Shown here in pieces: positions 38,947 through 52,030 of a DNA stretch of 64,000 nt. Each line of letters starts with the position of its first letter. The first letter of the stretch is position 1. A program made the translations under genes and the position numbers. The notes under the pieces were generated by a model, which ran no database searches, had not been told where the DNA came from, and saw nothing but the letters and a program-made list of their open reading frames with translations. The DNA is from the human T2T-CHM13v2.0 reference genome, Homo sapiens, in assembly GCF_009914755.1 (NCBI RefSeq), contig NC_060939.1, one strand, 5' to 3'.

Positions 38947-39250
38947 GGCCCGCGGCACGGCGGCTGGGTCCGGTGTGCAGCGGCGGCGGGGGGCGGCAAG
39001 CCAGAGCGGCAGCCTCCTCGGCGCGGCGCCTGCAGCCTGCACTGCGCGGGGCGCCGGGCTCCCTGACAGCTGCGGCTCATTCAGAGGAAGTGGGAGGGCT
39101 CGAGCGGAGGGGAGGGGCGCCGGACACCACTCCGGCTCGGGCTCTGGGCCAGTCTCGGCCGCTCTGCCACCTGGGCAGGCGGCGCGCTGCCTCGACGCGC
39201 CTGTGCAGCGCTCCTTCTCCGCCAACCCCACGTCAGCCTCTGGAGAAAAC
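38947..39250 (-). promoter_or_regulatory. ITGA11: ITGA11 5'UTR and TATA-less proximal promoter (TSS probably near 39040-39090)
   Basis: ETS core GGAAGT at 39086-39091, Sp/KLF-type GGAGGG at 39093-39098 and GGAGGGGAGGGG at 39106-39117, and no TATA box. The exact TSS cannot be determined from sequence. Confidence 0.75.
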
Positions 39251-40357
39251 TCCAGAGAACCGCTCCTGGGAACCCCCTCACCAGTGTAGCACCGCACCGC
39301 CTCAGTCAGATTCTGTTCAGGAAAAGTGGTTTTTATTCCCATTTCCCAGTGAAAAGAGATTCACAAAACTCAGAGGGTACCCAAGCTGGCTCAGGAACAC
39401 CTGCTGGAACGCAGGTCTCCCTTGGCCAAGTGAGTGGATGTCCCTCAAAGGTCCATTCTAAGACATCCCCGTGTCTCCCTGCACCCTGCGGCTTGAATTG
39501 TAGAGGCTAGTGTTTCTTCTGACCCTGGAATACATGCAGATTCGCCTCCACTGCCACTCCCTGAGCCTCCACACCTGAGGCATTCCAAAGCACCCAGGGA
39601 CACCGTGCACCCCCTCTTAACCTAACGTGAAGCTCTTCTTTGTAACCCTGCCACCTTCTTTCCCTCTTCTAATCACTGGTAGTTAAATTCAATGCACATT
39701 TATCTCAAGAGCTTTAAATCCAGGCCCCGGACCTCCACCGCGCTTGTGGAGGCTTTTCCAGCAATGGAGGAAGCCGAGGCAGAGGGTAGGAAGGCCAAGA
39801 TGCAGGGAAAGCCACAGCAGAGCGCCCTTCCCCCACTTTCTCAGGAAAGGCTTCCTTCACCCCCTCTTCCCGTCCCCACCAGGTTGAGTCCCAGACACAT
39901 GCTGATATTCCCCAGCCCGCTCTCCCTCATTTCTCTTCATTGTGCTTAGTAGAGAAGCAAGGCATCAATTGGTGTGATCATTTAACTTTTCTCTCCTGTG
40001 CAGACTGAAAACACCATCAGGGTAGAAATCTCTGGTTCACAATGGAGTACTCAGCCCCTAACACCCAGGAACAAAGTAGGTGGGCGGGTGGATGGATGGG
40101 TGAGTACAGGTGGTGTGTGGGTGCACAAAGGATAGAGTTTTCTATCTGGGAGGTATTGGAAGGGCTTCCCAGAGGAGGTGATGTTCAGTCAGGGCCCCTG
40201 AAGATGAGCTGGAGTTTGAGAAGACCCAGGTTCACATAAGTGAAGTGGGCTTGTGCTCGTCTCCCAACCTCACTATCTTTCGGTTGGCTATCTGGGTTTT
40301 ACTTCATCTTCACCTCACCCATTCAGCCACAGACTCGGGGAAGGTGATTCCGTCCCT

Positions 40358-40358
<1 letters not shown>

Positions 40359-40400
<42 letters not shown>
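40359..40400. repeat. (GT)21 microsatellite about 1.3 kb upstream of ITGA11
   Basis: Perfect GT run. Confidence 0.95.
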
Positions 40401-40402
<2 letters not shown>

Positions 40403-41544
40403 GGAGGCATGCGGTTCAGGCTGAAATGAATCAGTATGTTGCCCTTCCCAGCCCATCGTTTCAGAAAGGGCAATATGACAAAAGAAAAAGTTTTTTTGGG
40501 AAGCAAGCTTTCTTGCCTTTCTAAAAGAGCCCCTAGAACAAACAAACAAATGAACTAACTCTCTCTCCTCACCTCTCCCACTCCTGCCTCCTCTCCCAGC
40601 CTGGGACAAGGAACTTTGTAGGCTCAGAAGTTGACAGGGTCAGGGTAGGGAAGGAGGATCTGGCCTTGAGATGAGGTGGACACTGGATGACAGAATGGAG
40701 GATCTTGTTGAACCCCTGAATGAAGCCACCCCTTAACCCCACTCCCCTTGGGACTTATCAGTTATACGACAGTGAGTCCTCTTCACTGAGTTGAGTTTAA
40801 GCCAGCTGAGTTGAATGTAGAACACCCCTACAGCTAGGGAATGGGCTGCAGCCCACATTCCTGCCTTGCACAAATCTCCAGGTGCATCAGAACGACCTGG
40901 AGCACGTGCAAAGAATGCAAATTCCCCAAGGATCAGGGCATGCTGGTGGGTGCCCCAGGCACCTCTGACGTGTGGGTGGTCTGCAGCTTGTGCTCAGAGT
41001 CTGCATGCTGCTTGCTGAAGGGGCGCACTGTAGTGGCTGTCCTAGCTGCGCTGCTGCTGGTCTCGCTGGTAACAATTCTACCATTCATTCACCTTCACCG
41101 TCCTCACAGGTGCCTGGGGAATGGGGGTCCTGAGGATCACTCTGTGTGCTTTTGTGTAACGTGGGAGGGTGAGGGGAGAGGTGTGCCCTCATTTGTTCTT
41201 TCAACAGATCCTACAGAGTGCCTACTGTGCCCCTGTGCTCTGTAGGACGCACGGAAGGAGAACCCCACACTAGGGCAGCTGGTGATGGAGCTGGGGAGAC
41301 AAGACATAACCATGTATTTGTTTAATCATAATCTGTTATTTATTAATCTATTTAAAACCATTTATTATTTCATCACTATTAAACATTATTTAAATCACAC
41401 CCAAGGCAGCAGCATATGAGTGACAAGTGCACAATCCAGACTCTAAGGCTGGAGAACTGCAGAGAATTTGGTGAAGGGCTTTATGAAAGCTGTGATTTCT
41501 GTTGAATAATAATAATAACTCTTTACATGTACACAGTGTTTTAA

Positions 41545-42225
41545 CTGATTTATTTATTCACATGCCATAAACTGTGCCATAGAATCCAGTAGTTGTTAGT
41601 ATATTCACAAGATTGTAAAATCATCCTCACTAATTTCACAATATTTTTATCACCCCAAAAAGAAGCCCTGTAACCATGAGCAGTCACTCCCCATTCCTTC
41701 CCACCAGTCCCTGGCAACCACGAATCTATTTCTATGGATTTGCCTATTCTGGACGTTGCATATAAATGAAATCATACAATACGTGACCTTTTGAGTCTGG
41801 CTTCTTTCCCTTAGCATGATGTTTCCAAGGTTCATCCATGTTGCAACATGTATCAGTATTTCATTCCTTTTTATTGCCAAGTAACATTCCATTGTATGGA
41901 TCTACCCCCTTTTGTTTATCCATTCATCAGGTGAGGCTTATTTAGGTGTTTCCACTTTAGGTTATTGTGAATAATGTGGCTATGAACACTTGTGCTGCCG
42001 GTCTTGCTGGTAGCAGTTCTACCATCCATTAACATAGCATAATGTTAGCATAATGTTCATACAAGTTTTTGTATGAATGTATGTTTTCAGTTCTCTTGGG
42101 TATACACCTAGGAGTGGAATTGCTGGTCATATAGTAATTTTATGTTTAATCATTTGAGGAACTGCCAAACTATTTTCCACAGTTGCTACATCATTTTAGA
42201 TTCCTACCAACAATGTACAAGTGCT
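41545..42225 (-). mobile_element. L1M (L1MB-like) 3' end
   Basis: Reverse L1MB-type 3'UTR (CCCTGGCAACCACGAATCTATTTCTATGGATTTGCC...) and ORF2 tail; carries an extra ~65-bp insertion. Confidence 0.82.
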
Positions 42226-42325
42226 ATGTATAGTGTTTTACTATTTTTGAAATCCCTTTCATATCCATGATCTAATTTAATACTCATCTTGTACAAAATT
42301 GTATTTATTTTTTATAGTAAAGGGA

Positions 42326-42860
42326 TTGTATAGTTGAAGATTCTTTCACTTGCAAGTGACAGAAATTCAACACAATCAAACTGAAGCAGAAAATAGAATG
42401 TAAAAGGTCATGTAACTAGGAAGTGCAAAGGTGTTCTGTCTGCAGTTATGGCTGGATCAAGGGTCTCAAATCAATGTTACTGCTCTCTCTCTGTCTTCTC
42501 TTAGTTTTGCTTCACTCCATTTTCCTTTCCTGCAGCAGAAGAGTTTCTCTGACTGTCTAGCAGTCCCAAGCTTATACTTCATAGATTCTGAAGGGAGAGA
42601 GACAGCCTTCCTTTAGTAGATCCAGCAGAAAAGTCTAGGGCTTTGGTTTATGCCCACCCCTGAACCAGTCCTAGTGTCTGGAGGATATGGTGCTATAATT
42701 AGCTCAGTTTGGGACACACACCTAGCCCCATGACTTGGGAAGAGAAAGGCGCCATGACTGACAGCCCCATCAAAACCACATATTACAGGAGAGGACTTTC
42801 CTAAAGGAACCAGAAAAAGTGGGATGGCAAAGTATACTGGACAGACAAATCCATGGTTAC
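42326..42860 (-). mobile_element. Old MLT1-family MaLR LTR
   Basis: TTGCAAGTGACAGAAATTCAAC...GGTCATGTAACTAGGAAGT pattern. Confidence 0.6.
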
Positions 42861-43177
42861 TAAAAAATCTAAGCTCAAAGTAGCAATAGATTCACGCAAG
42901 ATTCCACATCATCTGTGAGGCAGAACTGAGATTGGAACCCAGCATTCTGAAAGCAGATTGAGTATTAATCCCAACATCCCAACTGGGTGGAGGGAGCGGG
43001 TATTTCAGGCCAAGACTGCATGAGCATGGTCAGCTCAGAGACAGGTCCTATTGGCAGCTTCTGTGGCTCCCAAGATTTCAGTCTGAGCATGCTCCTCTGG
43101 GAGGACCTTGGCTTCTCTATGGAGGGAGAACGAGCAGTGGTCTGGAGTACTGATGACAGAGGCCTTGGCTCAGTTAG

Positions 43178-43611
<434 letters not shown>

Positions 43612-43635
43612 TGAGTTTTTCACCACTTTGACCTT

Positions 43636-43747
43636 GGGTGATCAATTGTCCTGGTTTGCCTGGGACTAAGAGGTTTTCTAGAATATAAGACTTCAGTGTC
43701 AATACTGGGGGACAATCTCTGACAAACTGGGATGAACTGGTCTCCCT
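43636..43747. mobile_element. MER94-like hAT-Blackjack MITE
   Basis: Inverted ends GGGTGATCAATTGTCCTGGTTTG / CAAACTGGGATGAACTGGTCTCCC. Confidence 0.65.
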
Positions 43748-45916
43748 GTGTCTATCTTGGGCCTTCTGTCTCACTTTCTCCAACTTTCTTTTCCAATACT
43801 CCCCACTCTCTCCCACTCTCTGGTTATTTCTCTCCACCCTTCTCTGTCCTGCTCCCAGGTACCTCCAATGCAGCCAGTCTCCATAATCAGCCTGGGGGCT
43901 CCACCTTGAGGCACTCCCTGGCTTCTAGGCTCCTTTCTGCCCTTGCGGTCCCCCTCATGGATCCCACCTCCTCTCTGTACTATCAGTTGGTTTGTGCTTA
44001 GGAAATGCAAACTTTTTTTCAAAGATAAGCGTAAGCAAGCTTACAGTTACTGAGAAGGCACATCTTCTGCCAAAAAGTGATATAATAAATCCCAAAGGGA
44101 AAAGGAAAAAAAAAAGTAAAAAAAAAAAAAGCCACCAGATTGCCTTGTTATCTGCTGTTTGAATGATGCATGCCACCGTTTTGGACCAATGACTTCTGTG
44201 ATAGGAAGTGGCTGCATTTGTCATGCACAAGTGTGCTTAGAGGGTGTCCCTTGGTTTTTATTTGTCATGCCAGGTCTCATCCCCACCAACAAAGTGAAGC
44301 AGGTTAACTTTGAAGAAGTGTGTTTACACCAGTAGTGTATGTTTGTCCCAGCCACTTTCCACTTCAAAGTCTAATCCGAAATGTTAGAGCCGGGTGGATG
44401 CTGCCATTCTTCCTAATCCTGTGCCTGCGGGTCAGTGACTGGAATTTCTACAAGGATCAAGCCCTGTACACAACCTATACTGAATCTAGAAAGTTATTTT
44501 GTGATCTCCATTTCTCAAGCCACAAGTATATACAGCATTTGCAGTAAAGATATCAAAGGGAAGGAGCATGGCCACAGCACAGACAGACACGCAGGATGGA
44601 TAAGGAAACATCTCTTTGAAGAAAAAGTATGTCAAAGGGTATGAGAGAATAGAAATTGCTTTAAAAGTCTAGAGGTGTCAGTGGATGTTCCAGCTGAGAG
44701 GTCATTTCTGATGGGGTTTAGCTGGGCTAAACCCTTGACATTGGACCAGACTGGAAGAGCCACATCAGAATTGAATGTCACTACAGCAATGTGAAGAATA
44801 CCTTTAACTGAGAAGCTAATATGGGCTAACTGCAACTCTTGCATCATTTCGTTTAGTCCTCAGCACCACCCAGGGGTTTTCCTGGACTTCCATCCTGGTC
44901 CTGGGCTGGGCTGAGATATCTGAGAGAAGCCATGAAAGTGAGGGTCTGGATGCAGTGCATAGGGGTAAAGAGGACAGTCTTGGGAAGCAGTCATGACGTG
45001 AAAAAAGACATGCAGCAGAGTGAGGAATTCCCACAGTGCATAGGGTTCACGGCCAAGGGTGCAACTTGGTAAGGGAGCAGGAGTTGAGCCATTCTATTAA
45101 TGCATTTACCAGACACTCTCCTGGGGTTAGAGTGACAAACCAGATGTGTTATTGCCTCTCCACAAAGCTCCTAATCTAGGAGAGGAGACAAACATGAACG
45201 GTAATAATCAAAACAACACCTCCCATTTATTGATCACTTATGGAGCTAGATGCTTTCCTCACATTTCCTTTAATCTTCATGACAGCCCTACAAAGTGGTG
45301 CAATTATACCTGCCTTTTACAGAGGAAGAACTTGAGGATCAGAGAGGTAAGGTTTCAGAACTTGTAAAAGGAAGACCCAGGATTTGAACCTGGTCTTGCC
45401 TGATTCCAGATCCCAAGCTCCTAACCACTTGGTTTCGTTGCTTTTTGGCACTGGATGGTAAATGGGACTGTGAGAAGGGCTAAAATAGAAGTGTGAACAG
45501 AGAGCCAGAGAAGCACATAGGAGGGCCAGAGAAGGAGGTCACCTCAGAGTGGGCCTTGGTAATAGGAGTTTTTCAGAGGTGACGTGAACATTCTAAGTAG
45601 AGGAAATGCAAGCCTACCAGAGTCTGTGCAAAAGAGTCAGCATTTGAGCTGTTTCCAGGGAGTGAGGAATAGTCAGAGGTGGCAGAAGTGTGAGAACAGC
45701 GTAAACCCAAGTTTCAGGTTCCCGCCCCTTTAAGGGTAAGCTCCCTCTGGTGTATTTGGAGAAAGGGAGTTTGCCTCATGATTCCTAACTCCTGACTTCC
45801 TTGGAAGCCACTTCTTTGGTCTAAGTCTGGTCAACTATAAGTCTCTCCATTGGCAGAGGAGGCAATGTACACATTTGCCCCCTCTCTTTCAGTGGGCTTT
45901 CAGTGGGCATGACGGG

Positions 45917-45917
<1 letters not shown>

Positions 45918-45960
<43 letters not shown>

Positions 45961-45987
45961 TGCATGCATGCATACATACACATGCAG
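45918..45987. repeat. (CA)~20 continuing into (GCAT)n alternating purine-pyrimidine tract
   Basis: Seen directly in sequence. Confidence 0.92.
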
Positions 45988-46999
45988 CAATAATAAGCAA
46001 TATTCTTCAGATCCAGCACAATCAAATCCATGTTAAAGAAGAGAAACATTTCCTTAAGTAAACCTCAAAGGTACAGATGACCCCGTATATTTTGAAGATA
46101 CCATTTTCCATTATTTTTCAGAGCAGTGTTGGTTCTTTCTACCACTTTCAGATGTTGCCTAAGGGTTATGAGCCATTGCAGCCAGCATTGTCTCAAATGC
46201 CAGGGACAGATCCCCTGGAGGACACTCTCTGGCTATAAATAAGGCTCTGATAAAGTTTTACATTTTAATCTTTTTCTTTGGGGATGATCAAATTTTTTGC
46301 GGGGTTGGGGGGAAGGAGTGATAAAAAGACAAGAGTTGAAAAATAATTTGGAGTCACATTGTGGGGGATTTTTAATGTCATAATGAGGAGTATGGCTTTC
46401 ATTTGATAGGTAATGAGAAGCCTTTGGAGATTTTTGCAGGAGATGGGGGAGACTAGGGTAGGACTGCGTCCACGCCAGTCAGAAGGACAGAAGCCTGTGG
46501 CCTTTCTACCAGTTGAAGAAGTTTCTGTGAAGGAGGTGTCATTGCCTCATGGATCATTTTTCAGATGCCTCCTCACACTCCCTGAAGGCATCTTGTGCTT
46601 TCATAGGCATCACTTGAGCTCCCATAAAGATGACATCTTTCCCCACCTTGGGCTCCACAGGTGCTATGTCCTCTGCTCACCCAAGCGCCCTGCATCACCC
46701 CGCAGCCCTGCTGCTCATAGGATCAAACCTGTGCTCTGCCTGCCCTTCAAGGCCCTATTTAATGGGGGCTTACTCCTGCCTTCCTTATTTTCTTTCCTAC
46801 CTCTCTCCAAAACAAATCACACACTCCTGTCTGGGTAGTACCCAGCATCCCCTGAATATGAATAACAGGACCTATAACCATGACTGATGAAGTCCTGACC
46901 GTGGACCAGGCACTGTGCTGCATGCTCTACCTGACTTCATTCAATCCCTCAGCATACCGTGGGTCTTTTTATTCCCACTGAATGGATGGCATTGAGTCT

Positions 47000-47430
47000 C
47001 TGTCAACACTCCAATATATTCCCTTGGCATTCACCATTCCTGTGAAAGCCAGATCTTATGGCCTCCAACTATAAGCCCAAGGGTGTTCTCCAGCCCTTGG
47101 ACCACCTCTCAGCAGACTGGGCATGGTGAGGCATTAATGGGAGCAGTCCTTAACCAGTGACCGATGGGAGCTGGTGGACAGGTACCCCAGCTCCCTCCCC
47201 TCCAAGGGACCATTCTGAGGTGTGTTCTCCAACAATCTCCAAAGAGTGCCCAGTGGGATTGCACCCCAGTCACCCAGAGTGGTAACCTGCTCACTGCTGC
47301 ACCCTTAGCTTCCTTCCTTGTCTTATTTCTTCATTGCCTTGACAGTGCTCTCTGGGATCACTTCCTCCAAAAAACAACTTACACTTAAGCCCTTATATCA
47401 GAGTCTACTTCCAAGAAAGCCCAACCTATG
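47000..47430 (+). mobile_element. LTR16-like ERVL LTR
   Basis: LTR16-type 3' end CTGGGATCACTTCCTCC...TATCAGAGTCTACTTCCAAGAAAGCCCAACCT. Confidence 0.6.
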
Positions 47431-48749
47431 GCAAACGGTTTAGAGAAGTGAAGCAACTTGCCCCAATTTTTGTAGCGAGAAAGTGGCAGTGTCAGGATTT
47501 GAACCCCAGAGTTGAGGGAGCAACACTGATAGTGCCTCCAAAGCATGCTAATTATATTGCCTCCAGACTTGCCTACATCTGTCCAAGCAACTGGGATGTC
47601 TGGGAATGCCAGAAACTCTGCTGTTTGAGTTTCTGGCTCTGGGTACACTCCTTGAAAAAGAATATCCTCTTTGGGAAGTAGATTAACCTATTAAACTAAT
47701 ATCAACCACTCACCTGTAGTGTGAACTTATTTATCACATCCTTTTCTTCTCCAAGTTCCCTGAGCAGAGGAGGAGTTTTAATAGGGAAGAGAAAATATAT
47801 GATTTTTTAGTGAGTGTGGGTCAGGAGCACCAGCTCTCGTGCAGCTCAAGGGTCCAGGAGGAGAAAGTAGACCTTCAGAAAGGCAGCTGAGGGAATGATA
47901 AAAATTAGCGTGTTATGTTTCTCCATTTGGCTGAGAGCTGGTCCTAGCCTTCTGGGCTGGTGACCTCAGTCTGGAAGGGTGTGCAGGAATTTCTGAATAT
48001 CACAAGTTGCATAACTGATCTTGGAATTTGAAGAGGAGAAGATAGGGGAACACAACCCAAGACAAACCATAAAAAAGTTCCTAACAGTATGAGCACTAAT
48101 GAAACCCACTAGCTAATCTCCACCTCCAGCCAGCCTTGTTAGTCAGCCTCAGTAGCCCAGTGGCCAGAAGATAAAAAAGATGCAGCCATCCTCTACTTCC
48201 CCTTCATCACAGGATTGAAGGGCTGGCCTTGTTCCTGTGATCAAATGCCGCCTAGGCTGGGGCAGCCATCAGTGGGTGCCGGCTTAGAGACTGCTCATCT
48301 ACACTTACTTCTGCAAAGAGGACAAGCTTCTTGCTCTTCCAGGGAAGGTTCTCCCAGACTACCCCAGCTGCTCCTGCTCATCCCCAAGCATGTCCCAGAA
48401 ATAAACATATCCCAGGAAATTTGCAGCTGGGGGCAGAGGCCAAGTGGTGGTGTGGAGGAGGGGTGGAGGTATGATGTGTGTGGGTGTTTTAGTTAATGTT
48501 TGGGTAACAAATGCTTCTGTGAGCATTTTTTCTCTGCTGAGCATTAGTGAGAAAAATGTGGGTGCAAGTGTTGGGCTTAAGGCCTCTTGGGAGTGCTCCC
48601 CTCAGCGAAGGCCAAAAATCAAGCATCATTTGGAGGATTATTGCAAGGGAAATGGAGCTAGCATTTTCCGTGGTCTTTGCAGAGCCTCAAAACAGGCTCT
48701 GCAAATGGCTGATGGCCTCTGAAGTTGCTCCTGGGGCTGCTGGGTAGGA

Positions 48750-49210
48750 AGTTTAGTAGTTAAACATAGGCTCTGTGGTCAGAGAGACCTGGATTAGAAT
48801 CCCAGCCTGGCCCCTCAATAGCTGGGTGACTTGCCACTTACAACAATTTACTGCCTATAAAATAAAAATGATAAAACAGCAAACTCTTACAGAGTGCCAG
48901 ATGCACTTCTAAGCACTTGACATACATTAACTCATCCAATAATCACAGCTCTATGAAGTTGGTGTTATTGTTATTCTCATTTTACGGATGAAGAAACCGA
49001 GGCACGAAAGGAACCTTATCTTGCTCAAGGACACTCAGCTGGTAACATGGTGGGGCCTGGAGATGGTGTCAAGCAATCTGGTTGCAGTGCCCTTGACCGC
49101 TCTGCATCTTGGGCCACTGTGAGGAAGAGATGAAACACAGCCTTGGAAGGGCTTGGCACAGTGCCTGCCACATGACAAGCTCTCAATAAATGTTAGCTGT
49201 TATTATTAAC
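48750..49210. mobile_element. Plus-strand MIR with a minus-strand MIR (about 48865-49110) nested inside
   Basis: MIR 5' part, then reverse MIR core (ATTTTACGGATGAAGAAACCGAGGCAC), then MIR 3' tail GCTCTCAATAAATGTTAGCTG. Confidence 0.65.
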
Positions 49211-49929
49211 AACACATGAAACAGCATGCAACAGACTAGTTGAACTCTCTGCATCATTTTGAGATTCTTAACAATGCCTGACATTTGTTTAGCTCTGTAT
49301 ATAATTCAAGGGGCTTTCCCAATTATGTCTCCCGTAACCCTCCCTGGAGCCCTGTGAAGGCAGTGGGCAGTTTACAATGGGCTTGAGAAGGTCAGTAACT
49401 TGCATAGGGTCCCACACCAGCTCTCCGGTCATTCCATCCTTCATTAAGTGTATTGATATCCCAGAAGCAGACTCACACAACGTGTGGGATGAAAAAAATC
49501 CCAAAGCATCATCAATATGTGACCCTTTAATGTGTTTAACTCAGATTCTGTTGACACAAACATTTTGATACTCAGCTGTATAAACTGTGATGCAACAACA
49601 ATTTATCAGTTATTTATATTCTAACTTTTTGCAATAGGGATCTGAAGGGATGATAACAAAAGTGGATACCACAAACATAAAATCACCTGAAAATCAAATA
49701 AAATAGGAGATCAAAAGTAAAGCAACAGAACTAACATTTTTACAGCATTTTCCAGTTTATAAACACGTGATCTCATTTCAACCTCATGACAACCCACTAC
49801 TAGACATTATTGTGCCACAAATTTGGGCTTAGAAGAGCTACTGTCATAGAGAATATAGGACTACGGCCAAACCTCCTGCCCTGATGGAGTTTTGCCTGTG
49901 TGCTTTTGCCAGTTACTAAGAGAGTAGTG

Positions 49930-50155
49930 TTAATGTCAGTAACACTCCGGAGCTAGAATGCTTGGTTTCAAATCTCAGCCCTGATACTTTACCAATTCTG
50001 TGACTTTGGGCAAGTTACTTAAGCTTTCCGTGCTTCAGAATTCTCACCTAGTAAGTGAGGGTGCCTACTGCATGCCACAGTTGTGAGGGTTGAATGAGCT
50101 AGCACATGTGAAGTGTGTGGAAAAGTGCTTGGCCCATAGTTAACAAAGTGCTATT
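49930..50155 (+). mobile_element. MIR
   Basis: TGTGACTTTGGGCAAGTTACTTAAGCTTTCCGTGCTTCAG... Confidence 0.72.
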
Positions 50156-50179
50156 TTCTTATAACAAAATAAGCAAAAT

Positions 50180-51847
50180 TATCTCCCTCAAATATTGTAG
50201 AATTGTGTCTCTCCTTGTAGTTCTGTTGATTTTTGCTTTATAGATGCTTAGGCTAAGTAGTTAGATGCGTACAGATTTTGAATTATCATATCTTCTTAGT
50301 GATTGAAACTTATATTATTACAAGGGTCTTTATTTTTAATAATGCTTTTTGCCTTACAGTCTATTTTGTCTGATATGAACACGTTTTCACTGCCTTTTTT
50401 CAGTTAGTGTTTGCATGGACTCTCTGTCATTTCCCACTCTTTTCCTTTCAACCTTTCTATATCTGTGTTTTAGACCTATCTCATGTAAGCAGCATGTAAC
50501 TGTTTTTAAATTTAAACTCTTCAACTTTTTTTAAAATTGGAGCACTTACTTTATTTACATTTAATTTTAATGCCTCTATACTCACCTTGAAATCTACTAT
50601 CATAGGATTTTTTATTTGTCCTGCTTGATTTATACTCCTTTTTCTTTGTTTCTTTCTTTTGGATAGATCATTTGTAATTATTCTATTTCCTCTCTGCTAT
50701 GTTGGAAGTAATCAACTCATTTGCTATTCTTTAATGTTTCCTTGAGACTCCAGCATGTATGTTTGCTTGATAAAGCACTAATATTAATTTTATTATAATT
50801 TTTGTCCTCCTCTCAGACAATGCAGGGGCCTTGGAACATTTACCCCACAGTTGCTACCCTCCTGATTCAAAAACAATTATTTTTGTTTATTCTCTCTGTA
50901 TTTTAAACCCCAGGAGATATTTTTTTTTTGCAGCCAGTCAAAATTTAGATTTATCTACATATTTACCATTTTTCTGGCTTTTCTTTCATCTTCAACTTTC
51001 CATATGGGATCATTTTTCTCCTGCCAGAAGAATATTATTTAGTGTTTCCTTTAGGACTAGAGTTTCTGATGTCAAATTCTCTCCGTTCTTGTTTGTATGA
51101 AAATGCCATTATTTCATTTTTATTTTTGAAGGATATTTTCTCTGGGCACAAAATTCTAGACTGGCATTGTTTTTTCTTTTAGCACATTGAAACTATCATT
51201 TCATTGTCTTCCAATTCTTGTTTTGGTTGAAAAGTCCATTTTCAGTTTAATCCTTGCTCCTTTGAATGTAAAATGTCTTTTTTTTCTCTATAGCTGCCTT
51301 TAAGATTTTTCTTTTTAATTTTGGTTTAGAGAAACTTTGCTATGTTGTGGGTTTATTTTTACTTATTCTCCTGAGATTAATTTGGCTTCTTTTATCTGTG
51401 GATTTAAGCCTTTCATCAGTTTAGGACAATTCTCAGTCATTATCTCTTCAAACATTGTGTCCATCTCATTTTCTCTCTCCTCTACCACTGGGACTCCAAC
51501 TAAACACTTGTCAGAATTTCTAACCAAATCTTATTGTATCTCATCTTCTCCTTGCATTTTTCAATTTGTTCTTCCTATTGTTCATTCTGGATATATTCTT
51601 CTTCTCTATCTTTCAACTTATTAAGTCTTCCTCAGCTGAGTCAAAATCCATTCTTTAAGCTCTTAATTTTGATTATTTAATTTTTTAGTTTAAAATTTTC
51701 CATCTGGTTCTTTACAAATTCTCTGGTAAAATTTTAAATCTTGTCTTTTATCTACTCAAACACAGTAAAAATTATTATTTTAAAGTCTGGGTCTGAGAAA
51801 CTGGAGTCCTTATGATTTATTTATATTGTATGTTGTTTCCTCTGATG

Positions 51848-51879
<32 letters not shown>

Positions 51880-51981
51880 CACACACACACACATGTATAT
51901 ATATGTATATATATACATACATATACATATATACATACATATATACACACATACATGTACATATATAATGTACATATATAC

Positions 51982-52030
<49 letters not shown>

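Larger units (their letters stand above)
37750..39330. promoter_or_regulatory. ITGA11: CpG island spanning the ITGA11 promoter, exon 1 and the start of intron 1
   Basis: Abrupt rise in GC and CpG density compared with CpG-depleted flanks. Confidence 0.9.

Noticed and set aside
37542-39461. Long overlapping ORFs (120-209 aa) on both strands
   Set aside because: Expected from stop-codon scarcity in a CpG island. They are Pro/Gly/Arg/Ala-rich with no recognisable domain; only the 52-nt ITGA11 segment is supported.
46231-46243. CTATAAATAA as a TATA box or MEF2 site of a separate promoter
   Set aside because: Isolated motif without a supporting downstream exon or motif cluster.
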